Below are positions 51,507 through 63,320 of a DNA stretch of 64,000 nucleotides, one piece after another (positions within the stretch are counted from its first letter, which is position 1; each line of letters starts with the position of its first letter). Below the pieces are notes generated by a model, which was not told the DNA's origin, made no database searches, and saw only the letters and a list, made by a program, of their open reading frames with translations. The stretch is from Tricharina praecox (taxonomy: Eukaryota). The position numbers were made by a program, and so were the translations under genes. The DNA lies in contig NW_026250412.1 of NCBI RefSeq assembly GCF_024521635.1, positions 558,001 to 622,000 of the forward strand. The letters are read 5' to 3'.

Positions 51507-52617
51507 AGAGCGCAATAGCTTGCGCGTTACGTTCTGCCGGAGACCTCTAGACACGATACGATGCGACTCGGCAGTCAAATACTGTTCCTATGATTCCCTA
51601 GCTCCTACGACTTTGCTGAGACAACTTTTGCTTGTCACTGCACTTTATTCGTGATTTGTTGCGTGTTTGCCCGGAGGTGGAGGGGGGGGGAGGGAAGGAG
51701 GGAGGGGGTGTACTTGAAGCGGTTTGAAGGTTGGGACGGTTCTCTTAACGACGGTATTATCTCCTTTGTGCATTTCTTGCTGGAAACGGTGTTTTGCGGT
51801 GTTTTGTTAGGCTTGATAGACTCACTCTTTGGTATGGACTTTGTGATAGTCTGTATACACACAGAGAGTTGAGTATTATGGGCTTTTTACTTTATTTTCA
51901 TTCCTTTTGGGTTGATTTACTCTGTTTTTTCCCTTCTTTCTCCTTCCCTCTCACTACTCTCCTCACTGTCCATTCTTCTTTTCAAACCAATTCCTCTTGT
52001 TGTTTTACTCTCTGTCACATGTCTGGCTGTCGTTCGGGAGGGAATGGCACCCAAGCTAGATTTCATGCATGATTCCCACCGAGAGAAGGGAGAGTTTTCG
52101 GGCCCATGGTGAGCTTGCGCTTGTTATAACGTATAGATGGGCAAAAACGGAAAAGATGTGTATAAAGAGCTTTTACTCATCGATTGTCATTTCGCATCCA
52201 GTTCAGTCCAGTTGCCGTGTTTAGCCGGCAGTTCGGTTTCCCCCCTTCCGTTCCCTTCGTGTTGAAGTGTTTGGGAACGGACATGGCGAGCGGGGTTTGG
52301 TGATTGTGCTGAGGAGTTACATATGGCATACTGCCGTGTGAGGAGCGACATCGGACTTACCGCGGCCTGGGCCATGCGGAGGGTGATGTGTGCCTGCCTG
52401 GCTGATTGACTACCATAGCGACTACCATAGCCGACGTGACGCGGAGATGGCCACCCCACCCCCGCAGTCGGGGTTCGGCTTCGTCGCTATATATGGGTAA
52501 CATCGAGCTGGATATCTGTCACTAATAAGTATAATACACAGGTAGCTCCTCTCCTCCATCTCCATCTCCCTCGAGCTCGACCTCTCCCATCGCAGATCTC
52601 ACGGGCAAAAACAAAGC

Positions 52618-53902
52618 ATGGCCTCGCAAACGATGAAAGCGGTGATCTTCCACGGGCCGGGGCACGTCGCCGTGGAGGACCGACCCATCCCGACGCTCCA
52701 GCACCCGACCGACGCCATCGTCAAGGTCTCGCTCACGGCGCTGTGCGGCAGCGAGCTGCACGTCTACCGCGGCCACCAAAAGAGCGAGCCCGGCTTCATC
52801 ATGGGCCACGAGTTTACCGGCGAGGTGGTGCAGGTCGGCGCCGAGGTGAAGAGCTTCAAACTAGGCGATCAGGTCGTTGCGCCGTTTACGGTTTCTTGGT
52901 AGGTTTTCGCTGTCCGCCTCGGGGGACACGGGGACACGGGGCTGATGAGGGGGTGCACGGGGAAGCATGGATTGCTTCTACTGCAAGAACGGCGAATCCT
53001 CCCGCTGCGAAAAGGTCCTTCTCTTCGGCTGCCCGCTGCTCGACGGCGCTCAGGCAGAGTACGTCCGCGTCCCGCTCGCAGACGGCACACTGTTTGTGCG
53101 GCCCTCGTCGCTTCCCGAGGAGATCGCCGTGCTGATGGCGGACATCGTACGACGCCCCTCCCCCTCCCCCTCCCCCCGCCTCATCCGCTAACTAACCGCC
53201 TAGTTCCCAACTGGCTTCTTCGCCGCGCGCACGGCCTTCACCTCCCTCCCCCCGCCCCAGCAGCGCACGAGCGTAGCAGTAGTAATCGGCTGCGGCCCGG
53301 TCGGTCTCTGCGCAATAGTTGCAGCACTAGAATACTCCCCCGCGCACCTCTTCGCCATCGACAGCGTCCCCAGCCGCCTCGAGCTCGCGCGCGGCCTCGG
53401 CGCCGAACCCCTCAACTTCGCCGAGGACATGCCGGGCCTGCTCAGGCGCATCCGCGAGGTCACTGCCGGCCGCGGCGCGGACGTGGTTATGGAGGTGGTC
53501 GGGCTCGCGCCGGCCCTCAGGCTCGCGTATGAGGTTGTGAGGCCGTTCGGCGCCGTCACCAGCGTGGGGGTACATAACGCCGAGGTTCTTACCCCTTCTT
53601 CCCCTTCCCCTCCCCGCCCCCCGCCCCCCGCTCCCCCCGACACCCCCGCCCCCAAGACTGAAGGCTGATAAAGACAGATCCCGATCTCAGGCGCAGAAGC
53701 GTACGCGAAAAACCTCAAGCTGCAGTTCGGGCGGTGTCCGGTGCGCAGCGTGTTCGGTGATGCGCTGGCGGTGCTGGAGAGGCGCAGTCATCTCTTCGGG
53801 TTCATGGCCGAGAAGGTTATGCCGCTTACAAAAGCGGTCGAGGGGTATGAGATCTTTGAGAGGGCGGGGGCACAGAAGGTTATTTTTCGGGCGGGGGAGT
53901 AG
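52618..53902 (+). CDS. Zinc-dependent medium-chain alcohol/aldehyde dehydrogenase (MDR); join(52618..52898,52966..53146,53204..53584,53678..53902), 355 aa
   Basis: ALCGSELH, GHEFTG, structural Zn CMDCFYCKNGESSRC, ADIFPTG, Rossmann GCGPVG; TATATA ~130 bp upstream. Confidence 0.95.
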
Positions 53903-54127
53903 TTTATAAGTAATGAGATATGAAGTATCTGATCACGGCGAACATTGGCCGTATTGGGGATGTAGTATCTGTAGGCGCGCGGGGAGGCGAGTGACCATGA
54001 CGAGGACCCAGAAGCGGGATGGTGGTATGTAGAGTATGATGCTGGTGATGCCCGGCCGCTACATCTTATACCCACTCTGGATAGATAGAGTATCGCCTTG
54101 GAATCCCGGTCACACGAGTGATCACTC

Positions 54128-54620
54128 GATTGGTGAATCTCAATGGGAACTTGTGAAGAGATCCAGAATGGGGCCTTCAGGGTGCACCCGAACTTAATAG
54201 CCGAGCACCAGGTAGTTAAGCTCTATCGCTCCCCGTAAGCGCTATCACTCCTCGTCAAGCCCCAACCCGGGTAGACAGCAGGGCTCCCGGGTGCGTCTGC
54301 ACTCAATGGCCGAGTATCTAGAGTAGTTAAGCTCTATCGCTCCTCGCTTCTCTATTGCTCCTCGTCAAGCTCCAACCCCAGCAGACAGTAGAGCTCCCAA
54401 GTCCCGAGTGCCACTACGTGTCCCTCCCGTCATTGTTGAATCCCAATGGGCATTGGCAAGTGATGTAGAGTAGAATGTGGTCTTCAGGGTGAGGCTGCAC
54501 TCAATGACCGAGGAGAGTAGTTGAGCTCTATCGCTCCTCGTTAAGTGCGCCTACACTCAGTAGTCGAGTAAGCCCCAACCCGCGCAGACAGCAGCCCCCC
54601 GAGTGCCACCACATGTCCTA
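54128..54620. repeat. Diverged composite tandem repeat between the convergent ADH and acl2 3' ends
   Basis: GTAGTTRAGCTCTATCGCTCC at 54212, 54323 and 54517; AAGCYCCAACCC..AGACAG x3; TGAATCYCAATGGG..CTTCAGGGTG x2. Confidence 0.85.
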
Positions 54621-55029
54621 CCCGCCCGCCTTGCTAATCCGCTTCGCATCACCGCACACCACACCAGCAGTTCACCGCCATGCACGATTCACAAGTAGCA
54701 GTATCAGTATCACAGTAAATTCCCCTCGAATTTACACTCTCCCCTCTCTCCCCCCGCCCCCGTCCCCTTAACCCCCTAGAGACAAGAAAAGAAAAGAAAA
54801 CGGAACCAGAAAAATCCCCCCTCCCCACCCCGCCCCCCCGTGTAAATTAAACCCATAGACACATAGCCACACAGCACACAATTCTAAAAGTATTGAGAAC
54901 AAGGAAGTTAACACCGCATCATCCCATCCCCAAACCCTAGTTATCGTGAACTTTTATTTTAGAAAAGAAAGAAAGAAAAAAGGGAAAGGAAAATAGAAGA
55001 AAAGTCAAGTCAAGTCGAGGCTAGCTGGC

Positions 55030-57030
55030 TCAACCCGAGTACTCCTGGACTCCACTGGGGTTCTTGCCCAGGAGTGCCATGGGGACGATACCAGAGACGT
55101 GGCCTAGGGATCGGTGTTAGTTCATGTTGGGAGTACGGGGGGTTGGATGGCTTACACTCAGGACCGTAGACCTTGATGTTCAACTTCAGCTCCTGACCGG
55201 CAGACTTGATGTTCTTGAGACCCTCCTGGTAGTTGGGACCAGCACGACGGACCCAGATCTGGACGTTGTGCTCGATCAGGACGGGAGCGAATTCTCGCAG
55301 GGCGCGTATGACACCCTTGAAGGTGGAGGCGACGTTCTATTCCACAATCAGTGACAGGGTCTTCAACTTGAGATGAATGGGGAGCATACGGTGAAGTTGG
55401 CAATACCACCTCCGATGAAGAGGATGCGGCCTTCGGGGTGCTTATCGGCGCGGAGCATCAGGTCGAGAACTGTCCGTGCGTACAGGTACGTCTGGCTCTC
55501 GCTGGGAGCACCAGAGTACTCTCCGTAGTTGGCCAACTCGCCAGCAAAGCCGGCCGAGGCGATGGCGTCGGCGTACACCACGGAGGCACCACCACCAGCA
55601 ACCAGAGTCCACACACGTCCGACGGGGTTCAAGACGGTCAACTTGAGCGAGGCACCAGTCTTCGCATCGAGAGAGGCGATGTAACTACGATCATCAGTAA
55701 ACGGTCCACCGGCAAGTCAAGGGTGTAACTCACGCTTCCTCCTTGGTCATCTCACGTCCGAAAGGCGCAGGGAACTCCAACGGAGGACCGGCATCGATCG
55801 AGGTCTTGGCTTCGGTAGAGGGCCTCATGCCGAGAGCAGCAGGGCCCCGTGCGATGGCCCATTTGGCACCGCACTCAAACTCGGCGGTCTGGTCGATCTT
55901 GGCGGCAAGATCGAGGAAGTGGACCTCCGCCGAAGTCTTGTCCTCGTTGGGAATCACAACCAACGGGTTGATCTCAAGGTATGTGAATTGACAGTCGACG
56001 TAGACGGCATACAGTCTTGTGATGAAGTCAACCAGGACGTTGTGCACACCCTCGGGGACCTTGCCCAACAGGGACTTGGCGATGGTCTCGTTGGAAGGGT
56101 ACTCGGATAAATCGACGGGAATCAAAAGCTTCTCGGCCTTCGCATCGACATCACCAACATCAACACCTCCTTCGTGAGTGAACAGGATGTAGTCACCCTA
56201 AGATCGTACAAGAGTTAGCAAGATGCAACCAGATAGACCAAAGATATGGGCCCTGCAGAGCCACGTGCATGACGCAATACAAATGAATGCAAAGTGGAAC
56301 CGGGGGGGGGGGGGGGGGGGGGAACACAAAGGGCAAGAGTATAATGATGACAGGGCAGGTGTGAAGATTTTCTCCCTATGGGTTTGGGGGGTCGGGGGTC
56401 GGGGAGCACTGTAGCCGTGATCTCCGTTCGACCGAGCCGTATAGGTAATAAATCTCGTTCGGCTCCCCGCTACAGGACCACACGAACGACCATGGACGAC
56501 AGGAACGCTTCTTCGAAACAACGCAGATGGGGGGATGGAGTGGGGTGGGACCAAGGGACAAGCTCGAACGGAACACGCAGCGCAGCACTCACCTCTCTCA
56601 TGGAGTGGATGTTGATGTAGTACTCCTCCTCGGGCTTGTGGGGGCAGAACGGCTCAACCAAGAACGTCCGCAGGTAACCCTTCACCGACTCGACCTGAAT
56701 CTCCTTCCCGGCCCTCTCCTGGATCCAGGCTTTCGCCTCGGGCCACTCCTTGTTCAGGGCGAGCAGACCGGCCTTACCACGCCTCTTGATCAGCTGGTCG
56801 GGCTTCGCGACGAACCTGGCACCGGGCTCCAACAACCACGGGTACATCTGCTCAGCACCGTCGAGGATAGCGGCGGGCGAAGCATCTGCGGGGAAGGTGA
56901 TGGAGGCGAGCTTCGGGGGAGCATTGTGGGGTGGAGGAGGGAGGGTCGAGGGAGCAATCACGGCAGAACGAGTGAGGTGGTAGGAGAGGATGGCCTTTCC
57001 GTCGGCCTCGTGGATCGATTTGGCAGCCAT
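55030..57030 (-). CDS. acl2: ATP-citrate lyase small (ATP-grasp/citrate-binding) subunit; complement(join(55030..55103,55156..55336,55390..55684,55734..56197,56593..57030)), 483 aa
   Basis: [86 protein letters not shown]. Confidence 0.98.
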
Positions 57031-59361
57031 TGAAGCGAATTGAGTTTTCTTAGTGGAGCGAAGAGAGAGGGATTCGGGAGCAACTGTGGAGGGGAGGGGA
57101 GGGGAGGGGGAGAATCGAGGAGGAGGGGATGATTGAGGAGGAGGGAGAGGAAGATGGAGGAGATGGAATTGATGGAATTGGGGGGGTTGTGGTTGAGGTG
57201 GGTCGGATGAGGTTGAGGGTGGTAGTTGATGGAGGGGAGTTGTTGAGGGAAAAGCTCGGATTATTCTCGAGGGCGGCAACGACGACTTTCGGTGGAGGAG
57301 AGCAGGCAGCCCAGCACCAGCACCACCAGCACCACCCACAGCGGCCGGCAAACCACAACACGACGCCTCCACCTCGATCTCGACTGTACCTCCGCCTGCC
57401 TCCGCTGTCCACCTAAGCTCGAGATAATACTTTGCCGTACTCTATCGCTCACCCACCACCAGCACCAAAGCCAGCAGCACCACCAGAACCAGCACAACCA
57501 CCACCACCGCATTTCACCTCCACCCTGCACACCCGACAAAGCCTAGGCGAAAATGCAAAAAATGGAGGGGTTAGTATTTTTTTTTGGTGGGTTGGTGGGT
57601 GGTGGGTGGTGGGAGGAGAATCCCCGCACGGCACCAGCAGCACGGACAGCAAAAAAGCAAAAGGAGAACGAATCCATGCCCCGCACCCACCTTCCCTTCG
57701 AGACACCTTGAACGCCCACTCACACTTGCATATATTCCCGCGATCATGATTGCGATCAGTTTTTGGAAGCTGGCTTCGCTCGAAAAATCAACAATAAAAT
57801 CGTTGGGCTGCTTTGGAGAGGATCGGAGTCGGGATCCCGCCATGTGTTGGGAAGTCGAGAAGAGTCAGGAACGGAGCTCTTAGCAAGTTCGAGCAAGGGA
57901 AGGGAAGGGGTTCGAAGTGTCCGGCAGCAGGGGCAGAAAGCAGGGGATGGGGGGCAGGCGGCAAAACAATCAGCCCAGACACCGGTATACGGTAGGTATT
58001 ATTCTACGGCACTTTGTTGTTCGCGGAACGTTGTGGAATTCGAACTTGGACTGGAACATCGAACGGCGCCCGTCAACGCTAGAGGGGAAGTGTGGCTTTT
58101 CTGTCGGATTTGCTGTCTGCAGGCCAGCAGGCACCACCCCGCTGTTGCTGTTGCTGTTGCTGTTGCCGGGTGTGTGTTCCTGTGTCGGCAACGCTTCGCA
58201 AACAGCCCCGCCAACTGAAGTCGATACTTTCTACACACAACGAGTACGGTCGCTCTCGATCAATGCTTCAATCAGTCAATCGCTCGATGCTTCCCTGACA
58301 GAGACATTCTTGCCGAGAAGCAGCGTTTTTTCTTCATCTGTTCCGATTCAGGACTTGCCCGCCAATCACGGGATTCGAGCCGCATGATTCCCGATTGAGT
58401 CGTGGCCCAACAATTGGCAGCTTCGACGTCGAAAAGGTGTTGTCGTGTCACCAGAAAGTAAAAAAGTCTCGACGCTTAGGAACCCTTGCTTTCAGACCCG
58501 ACCCTCCACACAGCTAGTGAGAGTAGCTAGAGCACCTCAACCCGGCAGGCATCGAATCGAACAGAGCAAGCAAAGCGAAGCAGATCAGACAGACAGTTGG
58601 GAGAGGGACAGACAGCAATACGGTAGCCCCCCCACTTGCCTCCCGCCCAACAGAACGCCCGCCTTTTTTGTCGTCCCCACGGCTGTTCTCCCCACCCCCC
58701 CTCCACCCCCCTCCGGAAAGAGTCTGAAAAGAGATTTCGATTCAGAAGTGCCCAGTCGTACGAACCAAGTAGTGTAGTCAGAAAAAGAAGAAGCTCACGC
58801 CTCACACGGGAATTAATTATTCTCTCCCTCCAAACTCCCAAACTCGCTCCATCTCCCTCTCGAGACCTTCGAAGTTCCTCCCTCCCCCTCAACCCACCTC
58901 CCCACCTCCCCACCTCCCTCCTGCTCCTCCTCCTCCTCTCTGTCTCCTCATTCACTCTCCCCCACAAACCAACCCCCCCCCAAAGACAGGTATAGCTCTC
59001 CCACTGTCCCTCCCGCACTCTGCGTGTTCATCTGCGTGCAAAACACCCAATTGCCCATCAAGAACATCAATCTTTCATCATCACTTCATCGTGCTAACAC
59101 GGATCGTGGCATAGACCCCTTCTTCTCGTTCCTCTGCGGATATATACCCTGTGTTAGCATTGAATTGGTGAGTTGTGTTGTTGGTGTCGCTTTTGCTTCT
59201 TTCCTTCCGATGGCGGGGTACCGTGAAAGTGCGATATTCCACTTGGAATCGATTCCATCGAACCCTCACAACCGCCTGTGCCTCAATTGCCCGTTTCCGA
59301 GCCGTGGAGCTATAACTCAGAGTGCACGAGCTGACGCTGGACCCAGAACTCTTCCAACGAC
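57031..59361. promoter_or_regulatory. Bidirectional acl2/acl1 promoter and leaders
   Basis: Head-to-head genes; CT-rich tracts facing both genes; central CCAAT (58362) and ATTGG (58413); two canonical 5'-UTR introns predicted for acl1 (58990..59114, 59168..59346). Confidence 0.7.
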
Positions 59362-61506
59362 ATGGCCGCTACTCTTTCTCCTCCCGGCGCCGCGCCCGGC
59401 ACTGCCAATGACAACATCCGCCGTTTCACAGCTCCTTCGCGGCCACGATCCCCTCCCCCGGAGCACACGCTCTTCCACCCCAAGACCAGAGCTTTCGTCT
59501 ACGGACTGCAGCCCAAGGCTTCGCAGGGAATGTTGGACTTTGACTTCATCTGTACGTTCCACATTCGAGCTCTGTGTGTGTGTCTGGATCGGCTCTGATG
59601 CAAGATGTAGGCAAGCGTTCGACTCCCAGTGTGGCGGCCATCATCTACCCCTTCGGTGGTCAGTTCGTATCCAAGATGTACTGGGGAACCTCGGAGACTC
59701 TGCTCCCAGTCTACCAGGAGGTCGACAAGGCTTGCGAGAAGCACCCTGAAGTCGACACGGTGAGTCCTGCCCTGCGTGTAGTATTGCTCCGTTCGGCCCG
59801 CTGATGTTCTCCAGGTTGTCAACTTCGCCAGTTCTCGTTCCGTCTACAGCAGCACGTTGGAGTTGATGAACAAGCCCCAGATCAAGACCATCGCCATCAT
59901 CGCCGAGGGTGTGCCCGAGCGTCGTGCCCGTGAGATCCTGCACATTGCCCAGAAGAAGGGAATCACCATCATCGGTCCCGCCACCGTCGGAGGCATCAAG
60001 CCCGGATGCTTCAAGATTGGAAACACCGGCGGTATGATGGACAACATCGTCGCCTCGAAGCTCTACCGCCCCGGATCGGTCGGTTACGTCTCGAAGTCCG
60101 GTGGTATGAGTAACGAGTTGAACAACATCATCGCCGCGGTGACCGACGGTGTCTCCGAGGGTGTTGCCATCGGAGGTGATCGGTACCCCGGTACCACCTT
60201 CATCGACCACTTGCTCCGATACGAGGCCGATCCCGCGTGCAAGATCCTCGTCCTGCTCGGAGAGGTCGGAGGTGTCGAGGAGTACCGTGTGATCGAGGCC
60301 GTCAAGAACGGAACCATCAAGAAGCCCATCGTCGCCTGGGCCATCGGAACCGTGGCTTCCATGTTGACGACCGAGGTCCAGTTCGGCCACGCCGGTTCCT
60401 TCGCCAACTCTCAGCTCGAGACCGCCGGTGCCAAGAACCAGGCCATGCGTGACGCTGGCTTCCACGTTCCCGAGACTTTCGAGGAGTTCCCCGAGGCGCT
60501 CAAGGTCGTCTACGACAAGTTGGTTGCCGACGGTACGATCGTGCCCAAGGCGGAGCCCACTCCCCCAAAGATCCCGATCGACTACTCGTGGGCCCAGGAG
60601 CTCGGACTCATCCGCAAGCCTGCTGCCTTCATCTCGACCATCTCGGACGACCGTGGTCAGGAGCTTCTCTACGCCGGTATGCCCATCTCGGATGTCTTCA
60701 GGGAGGACATCGGTATCGGCGGTGTGATGTCTCTTCTGTGGTTCCGTCGTCGTCTACCCGCATACGCCTCCAAGTTCCTGGAGATGGTTCTGATGTTGAC
60801 TGCCGACCACGGCCCCGCCGTGTCCGGTGCCATGAACACCATCATCACCACCAGAGCTGGAAAGGACTTGGTCTCGTCGCTGGTTTCCGGCCTGTTGACC
60901 ATCGGTGAGCGATTCGGAGGAGCTTTGGACGGCGCTGCCGCCGAGTTCACTGGTGCCTTCGACAAGGGCCTCAGCCCCCGAGACTTTGTTGACACCATGC
61001 GCAAGCAGAACAAGCTCATTCCCGGTATCGGCCACAAGGTCAAGTCGCGCAACAACCCCGATCTCCGTGTCGAGCTGGTCCGGGAGTACGTCATCAAGCA
61101 CTTCCCTACTCACAAGCTCCTCGACTACGCATTGGCCGTCGAGACGGTCACCACCAGCAAGAAGGACAACCTGATCCTCAACGTTGATGGATGTATCGCC
61201 GTGTGCTTCGTCGACCTGATCCGCAACTGCGGTGCCTTCTCTCCGGAGGAAGCCGAGGAATACCTCAAGGTAAGCGTGTGACGGACACCCTAGTACTGGG
61301 CCACGAAGCTAACATTGAACCAGAACGGTGTGCTGAACGGTCTGTTCGTCCTCGGACGTTCGATCGGTCTCATTGCCCACTACCTCGACCAGAAGAGGCT
61401 GCGTACCGGTCTCTACAGACATCCTTGGGACGACATCACCTACCTCCTGCCCAACCTCCAGGGTAACGCGCCTGGTAACGAGGGTCGTGTCGAGGTTACC
61501 ATTTAG
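59362..61506 (+). CDS. acl1: ATP-citrate lyase large (CoA-binding/phospho-His/citryl-CoA lyase) subunit; join(59362..59551,59611..59759,59815..61269,61324..61506), 658 aa
   Basis: [41 protein letters not shown] (catalytic His), [31 protein letters not shown]. Confidence 0.98.
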
Positions 61507-61774
61507 ACACCTGGGTATAGAGCGGGATAAATCTTTTTCTTTCTTTGAGAGGCTTTTTTACTGTTTGTAATCTGGGTTGGGGATGGTTGGTGGGGCGCTG
61601 TTTTTCGTTTCTGGCTGTTTCTACTCAAAAGGATGGTGGATGATGACTATGTGGATATGGGGGGTGGTAGTGAATGATTGACGCTGTTGTATCCAACTTT
61701 GAGTGATGAATGTCAAATATCATGCATCCGTAAAAGCAAGTGCCCAACGCCTTTTGTGTGTAGGATGCTGCTAT

Positions 61775-62851
61775 CTAGACATCTCCAGCATCAATCTTCA
61801 GATCCCCCATCCTGTCCTCCGTTGTCTCGGGTGCCTTCCCCTTCCTCCTCCCCTTCCCACCCTTCTTGCCACCCCTTCCGCCCTCTACACCCGTTGTATC
61901 AGTCTTGAGCTCTTCCACCCCGCTCTCCCCTTCCGCCCCCTCCTCCTTCCTCCTATCACCCCCCTTCCCACCACCTCTCCCACCCCTCCCCCTCCCGCCG
62001 CTCACAACATGTTCCTTCCCCCTCGGCACCCTCCTCCCCTCCGGCAGCTCCTTCAGCAACTTCCCATCCTTCCAGAGCAGCTCGCCCTTCCGATCCTCAA
62101 CCCTGCTAACAAACTCCATGCTCAACCTACCCGCTTCATCCCCCTCCGTCAGGAGCACGCCATTGGCGCTCCTCCAAAACTTCAGCCCGCCCCTATCCCT
62201 CGCCGCCCGCGCGTCGATGTGGAAGACGACTTCTGCGTCTTTACGCATGCCGGAGACTGCACTGCCAGATTCTAGGGAGGTGAGCGAGGAGGGCGTGGTA
62301 AGGTGCACATGCGTCCTCCGTTGCCGTGCCAGCCCGCCGCTGGAAAGTATCGCGGGCAGGAAGGCGTAGAAGCTGCCGTGGACCAGCGTCTCCGGCAGGT
62401 CCGCGCCCAGCAGGGGAGTGAGCGAGAGCGCCTCGCTGCTCAAGGGTAAAGAGTGCCCTTGGTTCGCGCGGATAAACCATCCCTCCCCTTCCTCCTCCTT
62501 TGCGCCCCCCTCCCCCGCGCCCCCCGAGCCCCCTGAAGAAGTAGGTTCGTGAAGTAAAGCGTACCGCTGTTTATCGTTCCCCTCCACCACCTGTTGCAGC
62601 AGTGGGAATGTCAGGTCCAGCTTGCGGAACTTGGACAGCGCGAGGAGCGACGGGACCGAGGCGTAGCCGTCCGCGCGTAATGGCAGGCCTTCCCGTGCCG
62701 CCCCGTGACGGAGCGTGTAGCTTAGTGCTTTGGAGAGAAGGACGTCGGCGGACTGGGTGGTGGGGCCGCGGGGACGGCGGGTGCGGGTGGCGCGCGGTTT
62801 GGGGTTGGGATGGGAGGGGAGGTCGTCGGGGGCGGTGGGCGGGGTGGACAT
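61775..62851 (-). CDS. TPT1: tRNA 2'-phosphotransferase (Tpt1/KptA), 358 aa from ATG 62851 or 417 aa from in-frame ATG 63028
   Basis: LSKALSYTLRHGA, NDKQRY, IRANQGHS, VHGS, RTHVHL, SGMR, SANGVLLT motifs; RGG-rich tail; intronless. Confidence 0.93.
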   Translation of the reverse strand: MSTPPTAPDDLPSHPNPKPRATRTRRPRGPTTQSADVLLSKALSYTLRHGAAREGLPLRADGYASVPSLLALSKFRKLDLTFPLLQQVVEGNDKQRYALLHEPTSSGGSGGAGEGGAKEEEGEGWFIRANQGHSLPLSSEALSLTPLLGADLPETLVHGSFYAFLPAILSSGGLARQRRTHVHLTTPSSLTSLESGSAVSGMRKDAEVVFHIDARAARDRGGLKFWRSANGVLLTEGDEAGRLSMEFVSRVEDRKGELLWKDGKLLKELPEGRRVPRGKEHVVSGGRGRGGRGGGKGGDRRKEEGAEGESGVEELKTDTTGVEGGRGGKKGGKGRRKGKAPETTEDRMGDLKIDAGDV

Positions 62852-63320
62852 TGTGTGGGTGGGTGGAGGGTGGTGGTGGTGGTGGTGGTGGTGGTGGTGG
62901 TGGGGTTGGGGTGTGTGGAGTTTGTGCGTGCGGAAGTGGAAGTGGTGGGTGAGGGGTTGGTGAGTGTAGATTTGCGAGCGAAGTGTGAATTGGAGTGTTT
63001 GGAGGTTATGGCGTGGTAGCGGTGGCATGAACTTTGAGTCAAGTCAAGGAAGCTCAGGTATGGCGGGCTGGTGGGGCAACGAGGCGGGGTGCGGCTCACT
63101 AGGCACCAGGCAAAAGAAAGAGTCAAGACTCATTGTGTCATCACCTCACCTCATCGCATCTGATCTCACCCGCTCCGCTTTCGACACATTAAATCTTCGT
63201 CAACCTTAATAGGCATAATGATTAATCTACGGTATGCAATATGATACAACCATCCATCCATCCGTCATCCATCCATCCTTTTCTGCCCCCTCCCCTCCCC
63301 CCAACGACGACACCTCCCAC

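Noticed and set aside
56400..56475. TPP riboswitch or HDV-like ribozyme in the acl2 intron
   Set aside because: No CUGAGA or CCUGAU core, and no P3/P1.1/P4/J4-2 layout; kept only as an unclassified structure.
59641..60465. Antisense ORFs over acl1 (also over acl2, FAN1, TPT1 and the 21748 gene)
   Set aside because: Expected from strong GC3 codon bias on the opposite strand.
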